Positions 37,821 through 51,350 of a DNA stretch of 64,000 bases are shown here, in pieces. Source of the DNA: the human T2T-CHM13v2.0 reference genome, Homo sapiens; the NCBI RefSeq assembly GCF_009914755.1, contig NC_060935.1. One strand, 5' to 3'. The notes under the pieces were generated by a model, which saw only the letters and a program-made list of their open reading frames with translations, did not search any database and was not told the DNA's origin. Positions within the stretch are counted from its first letter, which is position 1; the number at the start of each line of letters is the position of its first letter. A program made the position numbers and the translations under genes.

Positions 37821-40030
37821 ACTTTATTTCCTTCTTTTGCCTGATTGCCCTGGCCAGAAATTCTAATACTATGTTGAATAGGAATGTTGAGAAAGGACAA
37901 CCTTGTCTTGTGCCAGTTGTCAAGGTGCTTTCAGCTTTTGCCTATTCAGCATTATATTGACTGTCAGTTTGTCATAGATGGCTCTTATTATTTTGAGGTA
38001 TATTCCTTCAATACCTAGTTTATTAAGAGCCTTTAACATGAAGGGATGTTGAATTTTATCAGAGGCTTTTTCTGCATCTATTGAGATAATCATGTGGTTT
38101 TGCCTTTAGTTCTGTTTATGTGATGCATTGCGTTTATTGATTTGTATATGTTGAATCAACCTTACATCCCAGGGATATGCCTGCTTGATCATGGTGGATA
38201 AGCTTTTTGATGTGCTGCTGGATTCGGTTTGACAGTATTTTGTTGAGGATTTTTGCATGGGTGTTCATCAAGGATATTGGCCTGAAGTTTTCTTTTTTGT
38301 GTGTGTGTTTCTGCCACGTTTTGGCATCAGGATGATGCTGGCCTCATAGAATGAATTAGGGAGGAGTCCTTCCTTTTCAGTTTTTAAAAATAGTTTTAGT
38401 AGGAATCATACCAGCAATTATTTTGACCTCTGGTAGAATTCAGCTGTGAATCTGTCTGGTCTGGGGCTTTTCTTTGCCTGGTAGACTATTTATTAATGCC
38501 TCAATTTCAGAACTCATTACTGGTCTATTCAGGGTCTCAGTGTCTTCCTGGTTCCATCTTGGGAGGGTATACGTGCCCAGGAATGTTTCCATTTCTAGAT
38601 TTTTTGTTTACATATATAGAGGTATTTATAGTATGCTCTGATGGTTGGTTGTATGGGGTCAGTGGTAATATTCTTTGAGGATCTTTGAGGTGCTGACATT
38701 TGAATGGGGTTTTGTGAGGTCTTTTTGTTGATGTTGTTGTTGTTGCTTTCTGTTTGTTTGTTTTTCTTTTAACAGTCAGGTTAATCTTCTGTAGGGCTGC
38801 TGCAGTTTGCTGAGGGTCCACTCTAGACCTTATTCACCTTGGTCCCTCCTGCACCTGGAGGTATCACCAGTGAAGGCTGTGAAACAGCATAGATGGCAGC
38901 CTGTTTCTTCCTCTGGGAACGCCATCCCAAGGGGGATCCGACCTGATGCTGGCCTGAACACCCCTGTAGAAGGTGTCTCGAGACCCCTATTGGGAGGCCT
39001 TACCCACTCAGAAGGAATGGGATCAGGGAGCCACTTAAAGAAGCTGTCTGGTTGCTTTTGGTAGACTGGTGCCCTGTGCTTGGGGGAACCCCCCTCATCC
39101 AGACCACGTGGACTCTCCAGAGCCAGCAGGCTGGAAAGGCTGTTGACTGAACTGCAGAGACAGTGGCTATCCCTCTCCATGGGGGCTCCATCCCAGGGAG
39201 AGATCAGAGATTTGTTCATATAATCCTGGCTGTTGAAGCTGAAATTCCCACAAGGAGGACCTGCCCAGTGAGGAGGGATGGATTGGGGTCCCAGTTTAAA
39301 AAGCAATCTGGCCATGATCTGCTGCTTTGCGGAAAACTCCTGCCGGTCTGGATTGCCAGCATTCCCCAGAGCAGGCAGGCTAGAACAGCCGACTAGAACA
39401 GCAGAGACTGGGGCTGCCCCTCTTCCTGGGAACTCAGTCCATTACAGGCAGTCTCCATCCTGCTACTGCTGGTTGGCTGGAATTCCTAACTGTTGGGTCT
39501 TAACTTGTGAGGTGTGTAGGAGCTGGGCCCCCAAAATGATGCCGCTTGGCTCCCTGGATTCTGCCCCCTTTCTGCAGGAATAAATGGATGGATCTCCCAC
39601 CTTTCCAGAATTCCAGGGGCAGGAGTAGACAAAATCACTCCTGGGTCTCCATGCATGCCTGACTGGCTGCCTTGCACCCCACCAAGACTCTGCACAGTTC
39701 TGTGCTTCAGATCCAAGGTCCTCGTGGCATGGGCTCACAAGGGGATCTCCTGATCTGTGGGTTGCAAAAAAACTGGGAAAAGTGTGGTTTCCCGGGATGG
39801 GTGGCACAGTCACTCACTGCCTCCCTTGGCTGGGGCGGGGGCTCCCCTTGTTCCCTATCGCCTCACCCTGATTTTCCTCACTGTCCATGGGTCAAGCCGT
39901 TCACCTAGTCAGTCCCAGTGAGAGAATCTGGGTACCTCAGGTGAAGGTGCACAATCCAGTCACCATTTTCATTCTTCTCTGTGACAGCCACGGACTGCAG
40001 CTGTTTCTATCCAGCCATCCTGGCCTGCCT
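37821..40030 (-). mobile_element. L1PA (old) RT-region piece (37821-38672) fused directly to a ~1.35-kb 5'UTR (38680-40030)
   Basis: ORF2 sequence jumps to the 5'UTR/ORF1 boundary at ~38675. The 5' terminus reads CAGCCATCCTGGCC. Confidence 0.8.
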
Positions 40031-42025
40031 ACATTTTTCCATTTACATTTAAGGTTAATATTGTTATGTGTGGATTTAATCCTGTCATCATGTTAGCTGA
40101 TTATTTGGCAGACTTGTTTATGAGGTTGTTTTAAAGTGTCACTGGTCCGTGTACTTAAGTGTGTTTGTGTAGTGACTGATAGTGTTCTTTCATTGCCGTA
40201 TTTAGTACTTCTTCAGGAGCTCTTGTAAGGCAGGTCTGGTGGTAACAGATCCCCTGAGCATTTGCTTGACTGAAAAGGAACTTATTTCTCCTTTGCTTAT
40301 GAAGCTTAGTTTGGCTGGATATGAAATTCTGAGTTAGAATTTGTTTTGTTTAAGAATGTGGAATATTGGCCCCCAATCCTCTTCTAGCTTGTAGGGTTTC
40401 TGCTGAGAGGTCTGCTGTTAGTCTGATGGGCTTCCCTTTGTAGGTGACCTGGCCTTTCTATCTAGCTGCCACTAACACTTATTCTTTCATTTTGACCTTG
40501 GAGAATCTGATGATTCTGTGTCTTGGGGATGATCTTCTCATGGAGTATTTTACTGGGGTTCTCTGCATTTCCTGAATTTGCATGTTGGCCTGTCTAGCTA
40601 GGTTGGGGAAGTTCTCCTGGATGATATCCTGAAATATGTTTTCAAACTGCTTTCATTCTCCCCATCTCTTTCTGGTACCACAGTTAGTGGTAGATTTGGT
40701 CTCTACATAATCCCATGTTTCTTGGAGGTTTTGTTCATTCCTTTTTATTCTTTTTTCTTTTTTTTTTTTTTTTTTTTTGCTATTTTTGTCTGCCTGTCTC
40801 ATTTCAGAAAGACAGTCTTCAAGCTCTGAGATTCTTTTCTCCGCTTGGTCTACTCTGCTATTAATCCTTGTGATTGCGTTGTAAAGTTCTTGTAGTGTGT
40901 TTTTCAGTTCTATTAGGTTAGTTATGTTCCTCTCTATACTGGCTATTTTTGCTGTCAGCTCCTGAATTGTTTAATCATGATTCTTAGCTTCTTTGTGTTG
41001 GGTTACAATGTGCTCCTTTAGCTCAGCAAAGTTCACTTTTATCCACATTCTGAAGACTAATTCTGTCATTTCAGCCATCTCAGCTTCAGCCTAGTTCTGA
41101 ATCCTTGCTGAAGAGGTGTGGTAGTCATTTGGAGGAAAGGGGGCACACTGGTTTTTTGAGTTTTCAGCATTTTTGCACTGATTCTTTCTCATCTTTGTGG
41201 GCTTATCTACATTCAATCTTTGGGGTTGCTGACCTTTGGATGGGGTTTCTGTGGTTTTTTTCTTGATGTTGTTGTTGTTGTTGTTTTTAACAGTCTGGCC
41301 TGTCTTTCACAGGGCTGCTACGGTTTGCTGGGGTTCCTCTCCAGACCCTAGTCACCTCGGTTTTTCCAGTAACTGGAGGTGTCACCAGTGAAGGTTGAGA
41401 AATATCAGAGGGCAGCCTGCCCCTTCCTCTGGGAGCCCCCAGGGGGGTACTGACCTGTTGCCAGTCTGAATGCACCTGTAGGAAGTGGCTGGAGACCCCA
41501 GTGGGAGCTTTTACTCAATCAGGAGGAATGGGATCAGAGGTCCCTTATATAAGCAGTCTGGCTACATTTTGGTAGGGCAGCTGTGCTGTGCTGGGGATCC
41601 CTTCAGCCGCCATCAGTTTGGGTGCTCCAAGGCCCGCAGGCTGGACTGGGTGAGACACCCCAACAACAAATGTGGCGGCCCGCCCTGCCCCTCTGGCACT
41701 CCATCCCAGATAGAAATCAGAACTCTGTAGAATACTTGTGGGGGTGGCCGGAGACCCCAGCTGGGAGGTCCCTCCCTGTGAGAAGGAGTGGATCAGGGTC
41801 CTGTTTAAAGAAGCATTCTGGCCACGCCTCAGGAAAACAGCCATGCTGTGCTGGGGAATCACCTCTGCCCTGGTCAGCTTGGAATCTCCAAAGTCTGCAG
41901 GCCGGATCGGTGGATTCTTCCAAACAGCAAAGATGGTGGCTGCCCCTCCCCTCGGGGGCTCTGTCATGTTTCTGTCCATGCGTGTCACTGACTGCAGCTG
42001 CTTCTATTCGGCCATCTTGGTCCCC
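40031..42025 (-). mobile_element. Second L1PA11-13-like 5' portion (5'UTR, ORF1, ORF2 start)
   Basis: ORF2 start (CCTGTCAT ~40081) and ORF1 remnant. 5' terminus CTATTCGGCCATCTTGG with YY1 motif at ~42008-42018. Confidence 0.83.
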
Positions 42026-42029
42026 TTGA

Positions 42030-42770
42030 TAAAAAAGCAAATTTCCGTAAATATATAAATGTTGTTCAATCTTATTAGTCATTTGAGAAATAAAAATTAA
42101 AACCACAGTGAGATACCTCTATACACTTTCCAATATTGCTAAAATACAATGTTCTGCTAATACCAATTGTTGGGAAGGTGCTAAAAGTCTCACTGTTGAT
42201 GGTGAATGAATTATTTTAATTATTGGGAAATAGTTTGCAACTTCTACTGAACATATACATAATCAGTGATCCAGTATTCCTACTCCCAACTTTATATTCA
42301 ATAGAAATCCAGGCATATATGCATCCAAAGACATAAGAATACTCACAGAAGCATTATTTATAATAGTCAAAACTGGGAGGAATCCAATTTCTACCAACAG
42401 TAGAATGAATAAATTCATAGTGCCAATTAATATAATTTAACATTACCAAGCAATAAACTATAATGTGGATGAATCTCACAAACGTAAATGTTAGCAAAAA
42501 TAGTCAAGTACTTAAAAAGTACATATATTTAATTTTATTAATTAAAAAATCCCAAAACCAGCAAACTAATATATAATAAGTTGGTTTAGATATTACCCTG
42601 TTGGGAAGTATAGATGGAGATGGGAGAGGCCAAGTGGGGGGTTTTCTCTCTAATTGTTAATGTTTTATTTTTTGATCTGGGTTTCCATTGTAAAAATTCA
42701 CAGAGCTGTATTCTTATAATTTGAGTACATTTCTATATTTTTAAAACTTTCAAAATAAATATATTGAAGA
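42030..42770 (+). mobile_element. L1ME 3' region
   Basis: AATTAAAACCACAGTGAGATACC...AATGTGGATGAATCTCACAAAC...TGTAAAAATTCACAGAGCTGTA. Confidence 0.7.
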
Positions 42771-43514
42771 GGTGGTTTTGAAACAGACAGATTGGTACTA
42801 TTTTTCTTTTGTCCCTTCTATGCCTCTGAAATTAAAAAAAAATAGAAATTCGTACATAAGCTAAGACTTCTGGAAATGCCATTGTTGACACTTTGGAATT
42901 AAAAATGCCCTCTGTTTCCTAAGTTATCATTTCTCTTTTATTTTTGTTGAAAATATATGATAAATGAAACAACTAAATAAAAGGTTTAATAATTTCATTC
43001 CTAAATCCAATGGATCACCTCATGTTTCCCCACTTTATAGATATAGTTCCCACTGCAGAATAGTTGAATAAAAGTCTCAAGCTAATGGAGTCAGGCAGTA
43101 GTTATTTAAAAGTGTTTGTAGAATCCTAGAGGTTCAATGAAGAAATTTCTTGGGCCCAGTTAGGCTAAAGGAATTTGAATGGAGATGACAAATGAGGAAG
43201 AAAGAGGTTTCAGAATGCAGTGATGGATAAGCATAAACTCGTATATTACCGTTTTGAGCATTTTTTTTTTACAGATTGGTCTTCATTTGAAGTGGATGGA
43301 GATTCTGTTACTAAAAGTAGTACATAATAAAACAAGATACTGTCATGATATCTGGAAACAAAATGATATCCAATTTTTAGAACTGGGGAATAAGTTGTGA
43401 TTTTTCATCACAGGAACTTGAGGGAGCCTAGAGATTAGAAATGAGAAACCAGAAATCAGAACTAAAAATGATGTTGGCTTGATTTTGAATAATCTGAGAA
43501 AATGGGAAAGAATA

Positions 43515-44815
43515 GGAGAGGACTTCAAAAAGTTCATAGAAAAATGGAATTAAAAAATAAAAATAAGAAAAAAGCCCCTTTATTTCTCAACATAGGCTCT
43601 GTCAGGGTCAAGATACTTTTATAAGCAATGTACCAGCCATTTAGTTCATTCCTAAAGAACTGAGGGTCCTGCGACCCTCGATGCAATCTTTTAAAAAATA
43701 TTTTATTATATTGTTAGCTGAAGAAAAATGGGTGCCCTTTACAGATTAAGATTAGGAAAGAAAAAGGAGTCAGGAGAAGCCAAATTAGGACACTAAGATA
43801 CATGCTTGATGATTTCTCAATTAAAGTGTCACAAAATCACCCTTGTTTGATGAGAGGAATGAGCGGGAACATTGTCATGGTGGAGAAAGACTCTTCTGGT
43901 GAAATTTCCTAGGAATTTTTTCTGCTGAATCTTTGGCTAGCTTTCTCAAAACACTCTCATACTAAGAAGATACTATTGTTCTTTGGCCCTCCAGAAAGTC
44001 AAGTAGAAAAATGTCTTGAGTGTTCCCCAAAAAACTGTTGCCATGACCTTTGCTCTTGACAGGAACACTTTGCTTTGACTGGACCACTTCCACCTCTCGC
44101 TAGCCACTGCTTTAATTGTACTTTGTCTTCAGGACAGTACTGGTAAAGTCATGTTTCATCTCTCATTACAATTCCTTGAAGAAATGCTTCAGGATCTTGA
44201 TTCCACTTGTTTAAAATTTCCACTGAACGCTCTGCTCCTGTCTGCAGTTGATCTGGACACAACAGTTTCTGCACCCGTCAAGTGGAAGGGTTGCTCAACA
44301 TGTTCAGTCAGAATTCTGTAAGCTGAAACAATAGAGATAGTCTATGTTGTGGCTATTGTTTCTACTGTTAATTGTAGGTCTTCTTCAATTAAGGCATGAA
44401 CAAGATTAATTTTTTTCCTCACAAATTGATGTGGATGCCTTGACACCATGGGCTTCAACATCAACATCATCTCATCCCTTTTTAAAATGAGTTATCCATT
44501 TGTAACTGGCTGATTTCTTTGGGCCACTGTCCCTATAAACTTTTCACAAAGCATCAGTGATTTTATTGTTCTTTTACCCAAGCTTCACCATAAATTTGAT
44601 GTTTGTTCTTGCTTCAGTTTTAATAGAATTTATGTTGCTCTGATAGAGGTTCTTTTCAAACTGATGTCGTATCCTTCTTAATGCCTCAAACTAGATCCTG
44701 TTCAGACATACTGTAACACGTTAATACAAGTTTATTTTGGTACAAAAAGTTCTTGAAATCCACCTATAATTTTTTGATAATATGCATTTTCTGTGATCTA
44801 TTTGAAGAACCCTTA
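43515..44815 (-). mobile_element. HSMAR2 mariner transposon, full length (~1.3 kb), transposase decayed
   Basis: TA-flanked inverted termini (GAGAGGACTTCAAAAAGTTCATAGAAAAATG / CATTTTCTGTGATCTATTTGAAGAACCCTT). Minus-strand remnants RDET*LY, LHHDNVPAH and PNLA..D. Start ATG mutated at ~44632. Confidence 0.9.
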
Positions 44816-44849
44816 TATTTAAGATGTTCTAGAACTTATCTAAAACAGC

Positions 44850-46390
44850 CTTTTATGGCCTCCATAGCCTCCTGTAGTTACTGTCGTATTTCTTTCCTCC
44901 TGCCACAACCAATTTTTCTAGAGTTATTGTAAGTTTCTCCTGTTTACTTTTCAATCCATTGCAATTTGACTGCTCTCATCATGCCACTGAAATGTCTTTT
45001 GGTAAGAACCTTAGAGAGCTCATCTCACTTGCATAGCTTAACATTGTTAGCTCATGGTTTCCCTTCTGAAACAATTTAGACACTCTTTTCCACTGACTTT
45101 CATGACACTACACTCTTCTAGTTTCCCTCCTCTTTAACTGAGCATTCTAGATTCGTTTTCAACTCTACTTCCTCTAATTGAATGTTAAATTTTGGACATT
45201 CTCAGGGCTCAGTCTTTGTTAACTACATTTACTTTCTGGGGAAATCTCTTCTACTTCCATGTTTGAAATGAGACTTCTATGCCAAATTTACAGTTCAGAC
45301 TTGTTTTAAATTTCATAGCCATATATTCAACTGATATTTCCTTGTGCATGTCTCAGAGTTAGCTCAAATTTGGCATTCTCCCCCGAAACATAACAAACAG
45401 CAAGTCACTTATCAATTTTTCTGTACCTCCAATAATTGGTAACATTGTGCTTCCAGGCATGAAAGCCAGAATTGGCACATTAATATTTCTTAGACCCTAA
45501 TTAAAAATCAAACAATATTTATTCTAACTTTCAAATAGTTTTAGAAGGGAATATTGTAAATTCCAAATAATTCCCTGGATTTTTACCTCTCTTCATTCCT
45601 ACAAACATTCTGCTAATCAAAGCCACTATCACTTTGTCCTTGGACTCTTGCATTCTTCCTTGAATTTTGGATTCTGGTAACTGGCTTTGCATCATAAATT
45701 TTGGAATCTCCATAGCCTCTTGCCCATAAAAGAAAATAGGCAAATTTTTCTTAAAAAATATATGTAATCTTATTATTACCCTGCTGATAACTAGTCAATG
45801 GATTCCCCAGAGCACTTAGAATAATGCCCCAAGTCCATAACTGGGGTCACAGTCACAAGGATAACTGCTTACCTCTTTAGCCTTATCTTATGTTACATGT
45901 CTCCCTGCCCATGGGATTCCAGTCACGTTAGCCTCTTTCATTTTTCTTACTTACTAAGCTCCTTCCTAGCTCAGACTTCTCAGACAAACTCTTGTTTTCT
46001 TATTTCTGTGAGTCTGGGTTTTCTCGCTTTCTGACTTCTGTCTTTCATCCCTACCCTGCTTTCTTTCTGGACATTACTAATCATTCTCCTAATGCAACTT
46101 CTTAGGGGCAGCCTTCTAAGATTCTTGCAGTATTTGCTCTCATTGCACATTGCATATTTCGTTTGGATAAATTTTCACAATTGTTATTTAAGTGTACATT
46201 ATTAGTTATTTAATGTCTATATTCCCACCAAATTAAAAATTACTTGAAGGCAGGGTTGTGTCTATTTATTTATTATTATAGTGGTGTTGTGTCTATTTAT
46301 TTATTGCGATACCAAGTCCTTAGGCCAAAATTTGGCGTATATTGGTTATTTGATGTATTATCTGTTGAGTGAATCCATAAGTGAATGAGT
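44850..46390 (+). mobile_element. L2 3' region
   Basis: CAATCCATTGCAATTTG...CATTCTCAGGGCTCAGTC...CTTGAAGGCAGGG...TGTTGAGTGAAT...GTGAATGAG. Confidence 0.7.
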
Positions 46391-46439
46391 AAAGAATAGC
46401 CTTTAACTGAGACACCCTTAGACATTACATTAGGTAACT

Positions 46440-46580
46440 TGTTCTAACCTGTACTTAACTACTAACCAATATTGACCTTGAACAAAAGACTTGAATGATT
46501 CAGACCTTCATTTTTCCTCACTTATGAAAAAGGGGATTAATCTAAATCACTAAAATTGTACCTAATTCTATGACTTTGGG
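46440..46580 (+). mobile_element. MIR fragment
   Basis: TGACCTTGAACAAAAGACTT...CCTTCATTTTCCTCACTTATGAAAAAGGGGATT. Confidence 0.55.
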
Positions 46581-46746
46581 TTTGATTTGTCTAGACGGCT
46601 ATGGAAACACATTTTACCAAAAAAGTTACAGTTTGTACAGTTTTCTACTAGAAAGTCACATTATTAAACTATAATAAGTATATTAGATTCAGAGAGTATC
46701 TTTCATTTGCTAGACATCATTCTAGTTTAGACTGAATATTCCACTT

Positions 46747-47071
46747 TGTTATGCTTTGAATGTTTGTCCCCTCCAAAACTCATACTGAAATTTAGTTGCC
46801 ATTCTAATAGTATTAAAAGGTGGCACCTTAAAGAAGTGTTTAGGTCATGAGTGTGGAGCCCTCATGAATGAATTGATGACATTATCACAAGTTATTTCCC
46901 TTGCCTTTGCCCTTCTGCCTTGGGATGAGACAGCAAGAAGAGCCTCACCAGATCTTGGCCTCTTAATGTTGGACTTCCCAGCTTCCAGAACTGTGAGCCA
47001 GTAATCATCTGTTTGTTATAAATTACCCAATCTTAGGTATTTAGTTATAGCAGCAAAAATGGACTAAGATA
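46747..47071 (+). mobile_element. MSTD-like MaLR LTR, internally deleted
   Basis: TGTTATGCTTTGAATGTTTGTCCCCTCCAAAACTCAT...GGACTTCCCAGCTTCCAGAACTGTGAG...GGACTAAGA. Confidence 0.82.
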
Positions 47072-47829
47072 CTTTAACATTTTGACTACATTTAGAATAT
47101 TTTGGAAAACAAAGGGAAAAATATTTTCATAGTAACTACAGCCTGCTGGGTATTACTAAGGAATGGTGTATCCATGTGTTACTCATTGTAGCAGTTAAAT
47201 AAATTACACTCTTTTAAAAAATGTATTATTTTATTATTACTTTGATATCTTTAATCTTGTTCTGGTTAGTTTTCTTACGTACATAAAGGGTTAATAAATA
47301 GTATTATTAAACTATTTGATCCTAAATCCCTTATAAAATTTAGAAGTGGTGTAAGACATAATATAAAATGCTTAAACCTCAATGTAAAACTGTACAATCC
47401 TCCCTGGATTGACTAGCTTCTGGTTTTTAATATCATTAGTAAAATGATCTTCTTCTTACTGAATATTGTGCTCAGTTATCTTTCTTGTATTCCAGAAGAG
47501 AATTAATATTCTTTGCAGATTCTCACTCATGCAGACCTGACCATAAGAAGCAAAGAAGTTCACATTTCTTAGCAAGTGAAGACCTGTAATACTGACATTC
47601 GTGACTTTGAGAATACCACAAAGAATGAGCATATGTTTGAAAGAATTTCAGGAAAACAATAGAACCTTAAAGGTGGCAAGCTATAAATATGTGAAAGAAC
47701 TTTTTTTATGAAAAGAAAAAAAAACACATTAAGAACCTACTCTCTCAAGGGATGTTACATGCATAAAATTTAAATATATTTATAAAGAATTTAAATAAAT
47801 TTACAAGAGAGAGGAGTGCCTTTTTGGGA

Positions 47830-48025
47830 AGACCCGGGTTCTGGTACTTGTGAGTCCTTGATAAAAATCACTTAACCATTATGAAGGGCTCAGTTTTTCT
47901 CATCTGAAAGGGCATGATTATAATGGTATGTGCTGTTTTTCATAGGTTGTTTTAAACCTGAAATCAAATTATGTGTGGGGAAGTGCTGGCATGAAATCTG
48001 GCAAACAATAAGCATTCAACGAATT
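47830..48025 (+). mobile_element. MIR
   Basis: GAAGACCCGGGTTCTGG...TCACTTAACC...CTCAGTTTTCTCATCTGAAA...ATAGGTTGTT. Confidence 0.65.
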
Positions 48026-51000
48026 TTTTTTAGAAATCTGAGCCTATTTAACATGAAAAGCCCAGGAGAATGATTTAGGGGGATGATTGCAGGGATTGGA
48101 AGATAAAAAAATTAGAAAGCTATTTGGGAGTTAGAATGGAAATTCCCTTCTACAACTATTTGGGAGTTAGATGTGCTATAGGTCAGGGCTTAATCAGGTG
48201 TTTATTGCAAGGGAACACCACGAGTCTTTGGGAATAATGTCAAGAAATACAAAAATTATCAGGTGTATGAATTCACTTTTATTTGTCACCTGTAGATTCT
48301 TAGATAAGAAGGGAAGTAGATTTGAAGTGTACAGTTTAATGAACTTATTGTACAGAATGACTTTAACTAGAGGAGATAGAAAGCAAGTGGAAGTGAGACA
48401 ATGGCCTCTTTAGTGCCAACTTCAGCTTGGCAAGGATCTAGGAGATATCTTTGACTTTATAAAACTTGGATTGTGGCTTTCCTGGTTTTTCAAAAATGAG
48501 TTATTGTAGGAAAGATTTACAAACTTGTGATATTCTCCATAGCTCTAGGCTGAATGAAGTTTTACTCACAGCAACTGCTGGACTATAGATCTTCTGTAGG
48601 TGGCTTCATCATTCTCCTCTGTTGTGTTGTTTATGTCCTAAGTATTCAAGGATATGTGTGAGGACCCAGCAAGCCACAGGAAACAGGAAGAAGAAAAGCT
48701 CCAAATTCATGTGGAAGCGGAGAGTAAAGCAATGTAATGGTGCCCAAAGCAGAGAAACAGCAGCAGGGAGAAGTCTATGCTGGCAGGAGAAGCTCGGCAT
48801 TGCCTGGCAGGAAAGAAAATGAGGCCCCACATAATAAAACTCCTGATGGGTAGCGCTGCAGCCATTGTTTCTGGAACAGCCTGTGAAGTTGGCTAGGGCA
48901 GGAGGAACTGATTTCTGGCTTGTTGATGACACAGTAGTTTTTTCATTTTTATTTCTAGTCATAGGTAACTGTATTATAAGCTGAAGTAGAAAGACACAAA
49001 GGGAGGCAGCTCTTGTTCTGTCAGGATGTGGCTGTTCTCTATCTTCTCTACTTATTGATATCTGTACTTAATTCTGCAAACTGAAGCTCAAATTCACTTG
49101 TTTTCTTATCTTTATAAAGGGCACTCAATCAATAAACAAAGGCTCAAAAGAACCTGCATGTTTCATATTAAATAATCAATATTCAGTAATACTTTTTAAA
49201 AGTCTCCTAGAAGAATGAATCAGCTTCTTTAGCTTTTCGCTCATGACCCGTCTCTTATTGTTGTGTAGCCAAGTGTGAACCCATCAGTGTTCCCTCCATA
49301 CTGTGTGGTACCAAAAACAAATCCATGATAAGGATAATATCCTTATCACACCCATGGCCTGTGCTGCATGCACTGCAGATAGAACTTACTCATTCCTTCC
49401 TGTTCTATGACCACATATTAATCTCCAGATAGCACTGAATCAGGGGTTGCAGATCTGCTTTGAACTCAATGTGAGTGTTCTTAGATTTATACCTTACCTC
49501 ATACAAAGGCATCTTATGTGTGAGACAAGACTCAACTTTCATCTACTTTGGGCCTTTAGACCGTTTTCACCATGTGGTCATAAAACCACTTTTTCTTTTC
49601 TTTTAATTTGTGTACTTGGTTTTACTTCCCAAGGATACTTGGCATAATACAAATTTTTATGTTGTATAACTTCTCTGCATCTTATGATTATTTTGAATTC
49701 TAATTCTTAAGTATCTTACCATGATTATCCTGAATTCTGCAAATATAAGAAATATAATCAGTTTCCATTCTACTAGTTCAAAGTCATTATGTGAGTTATA
49801 ATATAAATACTTTTGCTGACTATATTATATATACAATTTCTAGAATGACTGGAGACGTTTTTTATTAAGTTACTCTCTGCAGTCAGTCTTCTAGTCTTAT
49901 ATTTTAACGTTCTCCCTTAGGACCTATTTCCCTATTGCGCTTATATCCCTCACTTGGTCTGTTCCTAATAACTCAACTAGTATGCTTCCAATCAATGTTT
50001 TCTCTCTTGTACTTATATTTTATCCTGCTGGAGTCTTCTTTTTTTTAAGACTTAGGTAAACATGTACTGAGGTATAACATGTAGAACAATTGCATATAGC
50101 ATATATTTATAACTCAATGGATTTGTATAGACTCCACCATGTCCTTGCTTTTTCTTTACTAGGCTTAGAGTCCATGGTCTGTCATTATAATCACTCTTTT
50201 TCATCACATTCAACTAATTTGCTCCCTCTAGATTTATTGTGTGCACTTGGCAAAACCCCAGCTCTGATTAAATCAAGCTCCATGCCTACTCCTTTATAGT
50301 AAACCTTGATGACTGTATTACTTTCAATTCATGACCAGTTCCTTTAGACTGATATTTAGTGCTGGGTGGCAAAAACACCAAATTCTCTTTCCTACTCTTG
50401 GGAACAAGTATTTTTCTCAGCTGTTTATTAAAAATTCCAACATCTCTTCTCTCATCCTCATTCTCAGTTAATGATCCTTCTTCCACTTGCTAAAAACATA
50501 GAAGTTATCAGAATATATTTTCATAAGCTCCTGTCACAGCATTTTCCTACTTGGCAGTATCCTTGCCTCCAGATTGTTCTCTCCCTTTCGTCATGTTACT
50601 GTAGAGGGACTGCCCCCATGCCCCTATCTAAGTGTGTACTTGTCACTAGATCCTATTGGCTCTCACCTACTTAAGAGAATCTCTGCAGTAACAGTTCCCT
50701 CCCAACATCACATCATGAAAACTTCCATTCATTTTATGTCTTTCTTATAGGCATAAAAAACAAGTTTTCATTATTCCTACTTTAACCATTTAACCCCTTT
50801 TAGCCCATTCACCCTGCCATGCACTGCCTCTTTTCTCAGATCCTCTTTACAGAAAAGCTCTTTGGAAGGGTAGTCTCTATTTTTGTTCTCAATCTCTCTT
50901 TTCCCAGTCATGGCTTGATTCACATAACTTACTGAACACTACTGTTTCGTCAAGGCCATCAGTATCCTCCATACTGCTAAATCCAGTAGTCAGTTCTATG

Positions 51001-51142
51001 TTTTCATTGCTCTTGATCTATCATCCCTATTTGACAAAAATATTATTCCCTTCTCTATGAAATGCTGACTTCACTTGAATTCCAGGATGCCACACTCCCC
51101 TGGTTTTTATTTTATTGATCACACCTATCATATTTTCTAGAC

Positions 51143-51350
51143 CAGTAGTCCGTATACTATTTCTGTAAATGGTTACATAGTAAAATATTTAGGTTTTTTG
51201 GACTACCTATGGTTGCTGTTGCATATTCTTTTGTTTTCTTTCTCTTCACAACACTTAATATATGTAAAAACAACATTCTTAGCTTGTGGGCTGCACAAAA
51301 ACAGACAGCAGATGAGATTGGGCCCACTAGCCATAGTTTGCCAACTCCTG
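51143..51350 (+). mobile_element. MER58 (MER58C-like) hAT-Charlie MITE
   Basis: Perfect 8-bp TSD TTCTAGAC (51135-51142, 51351-51358). The end reads CCATAGTTTGCCAACTCCTG. Confidence 0.88.

Noticed and set aside
47519-47672. Possible + exon after ATTCTTTGCAG
   Set aside because: The frames close quickly and the donor is poor.
48609-48962. 117-aa minus ORF and purine-rich + frame (DMCEDPASHRKQEEEK...) as an exon
   Set aside because: No recognisable homology, weak splice signals and an early stop.
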